DNA of 53,222 nucleotides from a virus (Duplodnaviria; Caudoviricetes): IMG/VR virus record IMGVR_UViG_3300009566_000017, positions 1 to 53,222 of that record; one strand, 5' to 3'. Shown piece by piece: positions 52,886 to 53,222 of this stretch (position 1 is its first letter; each line of letters starts with the position of its first letter). The notes under the pieces were generated by a model. It saw only the letters and a program-made list of their open reading frames with translations, ran no database searches and was not told where the DNA came from. The position numbers and the translations under genes were made by a program.

Positions 52886-53191
52886 ATGCCCTACCGAAGA
52901 GAGAAAGAGAACAGCATCCACGTCTTCTGGAGCCGGGGAGACGGAAAGCGCATCTGCAAGATCTGCCGTCGTCGTGTCTCTGAAGCCATGAAGCTTCTGG
53001 TCACCTGCGTGGATACCTACGGAGAGTCCTACCGAACACAAGTCTGCGAAGGGTGTCTGATCCGGGAATTAGCGCGCGATTCGTTCAAGTGGCGTTCGAC
53101 ATACGGGAAACGCATTCTCCTGCTGCACAGCGAGCTGGGGAAGCGAAGCCGAACGGATCCGGAGCACTGGGGAAAGACGTCAATCCTGTAG
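52886..53191 (+). CDS. Zn-finger protein (101 aa), probably leaderless
   Basis: CKIC...CEGC; ATG lies 7 nt after the -10 box with no SD. Confidence 0.55.
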   Translation: MPYRREKENSIHVFWSRGDGKRICKICRRRVSEAMKLLVTCVDTYGESYRTQVCEGCLIRELARDSFKWRSTYGKRILLLHSELGKRSRTDPEHWGKTSIL

Positions 53192-53222
53192 TCAACACGT
53201 TATACATTATTTGAAATGTGCC

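Overview
The window looks like a near-complete ~53 kb genome of a tailed, podovirus-type dsDNA phage. I saw no integrase, DNA polymerase, CRISPR array or terminal repeat. The minus-strand arm (~39.9 kb to 223) is the morphogenesis module: terS-like gene, metallophosphoesterase, terL, portal, scaffold, major capsid protein, tRNA-Met(CAT), adaptors, fibre and beta-helix proteins, lysis genes (holin, GH108 endolysin, u-spanin), tail nozzle and three ejection-type proteins. The plus-strand arm (40.2-53.2 kb) holds small early genes, an AAA_24/Sak4-like ATPase, an AEP primase-SF4 helicase fusion, a Gam-like protein, a resolvase and a MoxR AAA/VWA-like pair. Three things stand out. (1) A 3595-aa protein carries two-barrel RNA polymerase motifs (DQDGD), and a complete Dda/RecD2-like SF1B helicase is inserted between its two predicted barrel regions. 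(2) Five structural-module proteins carry Sec-type signal peptides, and several are rich in the Bacteroidota O-glycosylation sequon D-(S/T)-(A/I/L/V/M/T), which suggests secreted, host-glycosylated virion appendages. (3) A 29-bp sigma70-like promoter with a conserved spacer occurs four times; one copy precedes a terminator that sits in front of the whole 35-kb structural operon, like lambda pR'-tR'. All calls come from reading motifs by eye; no searches were run.
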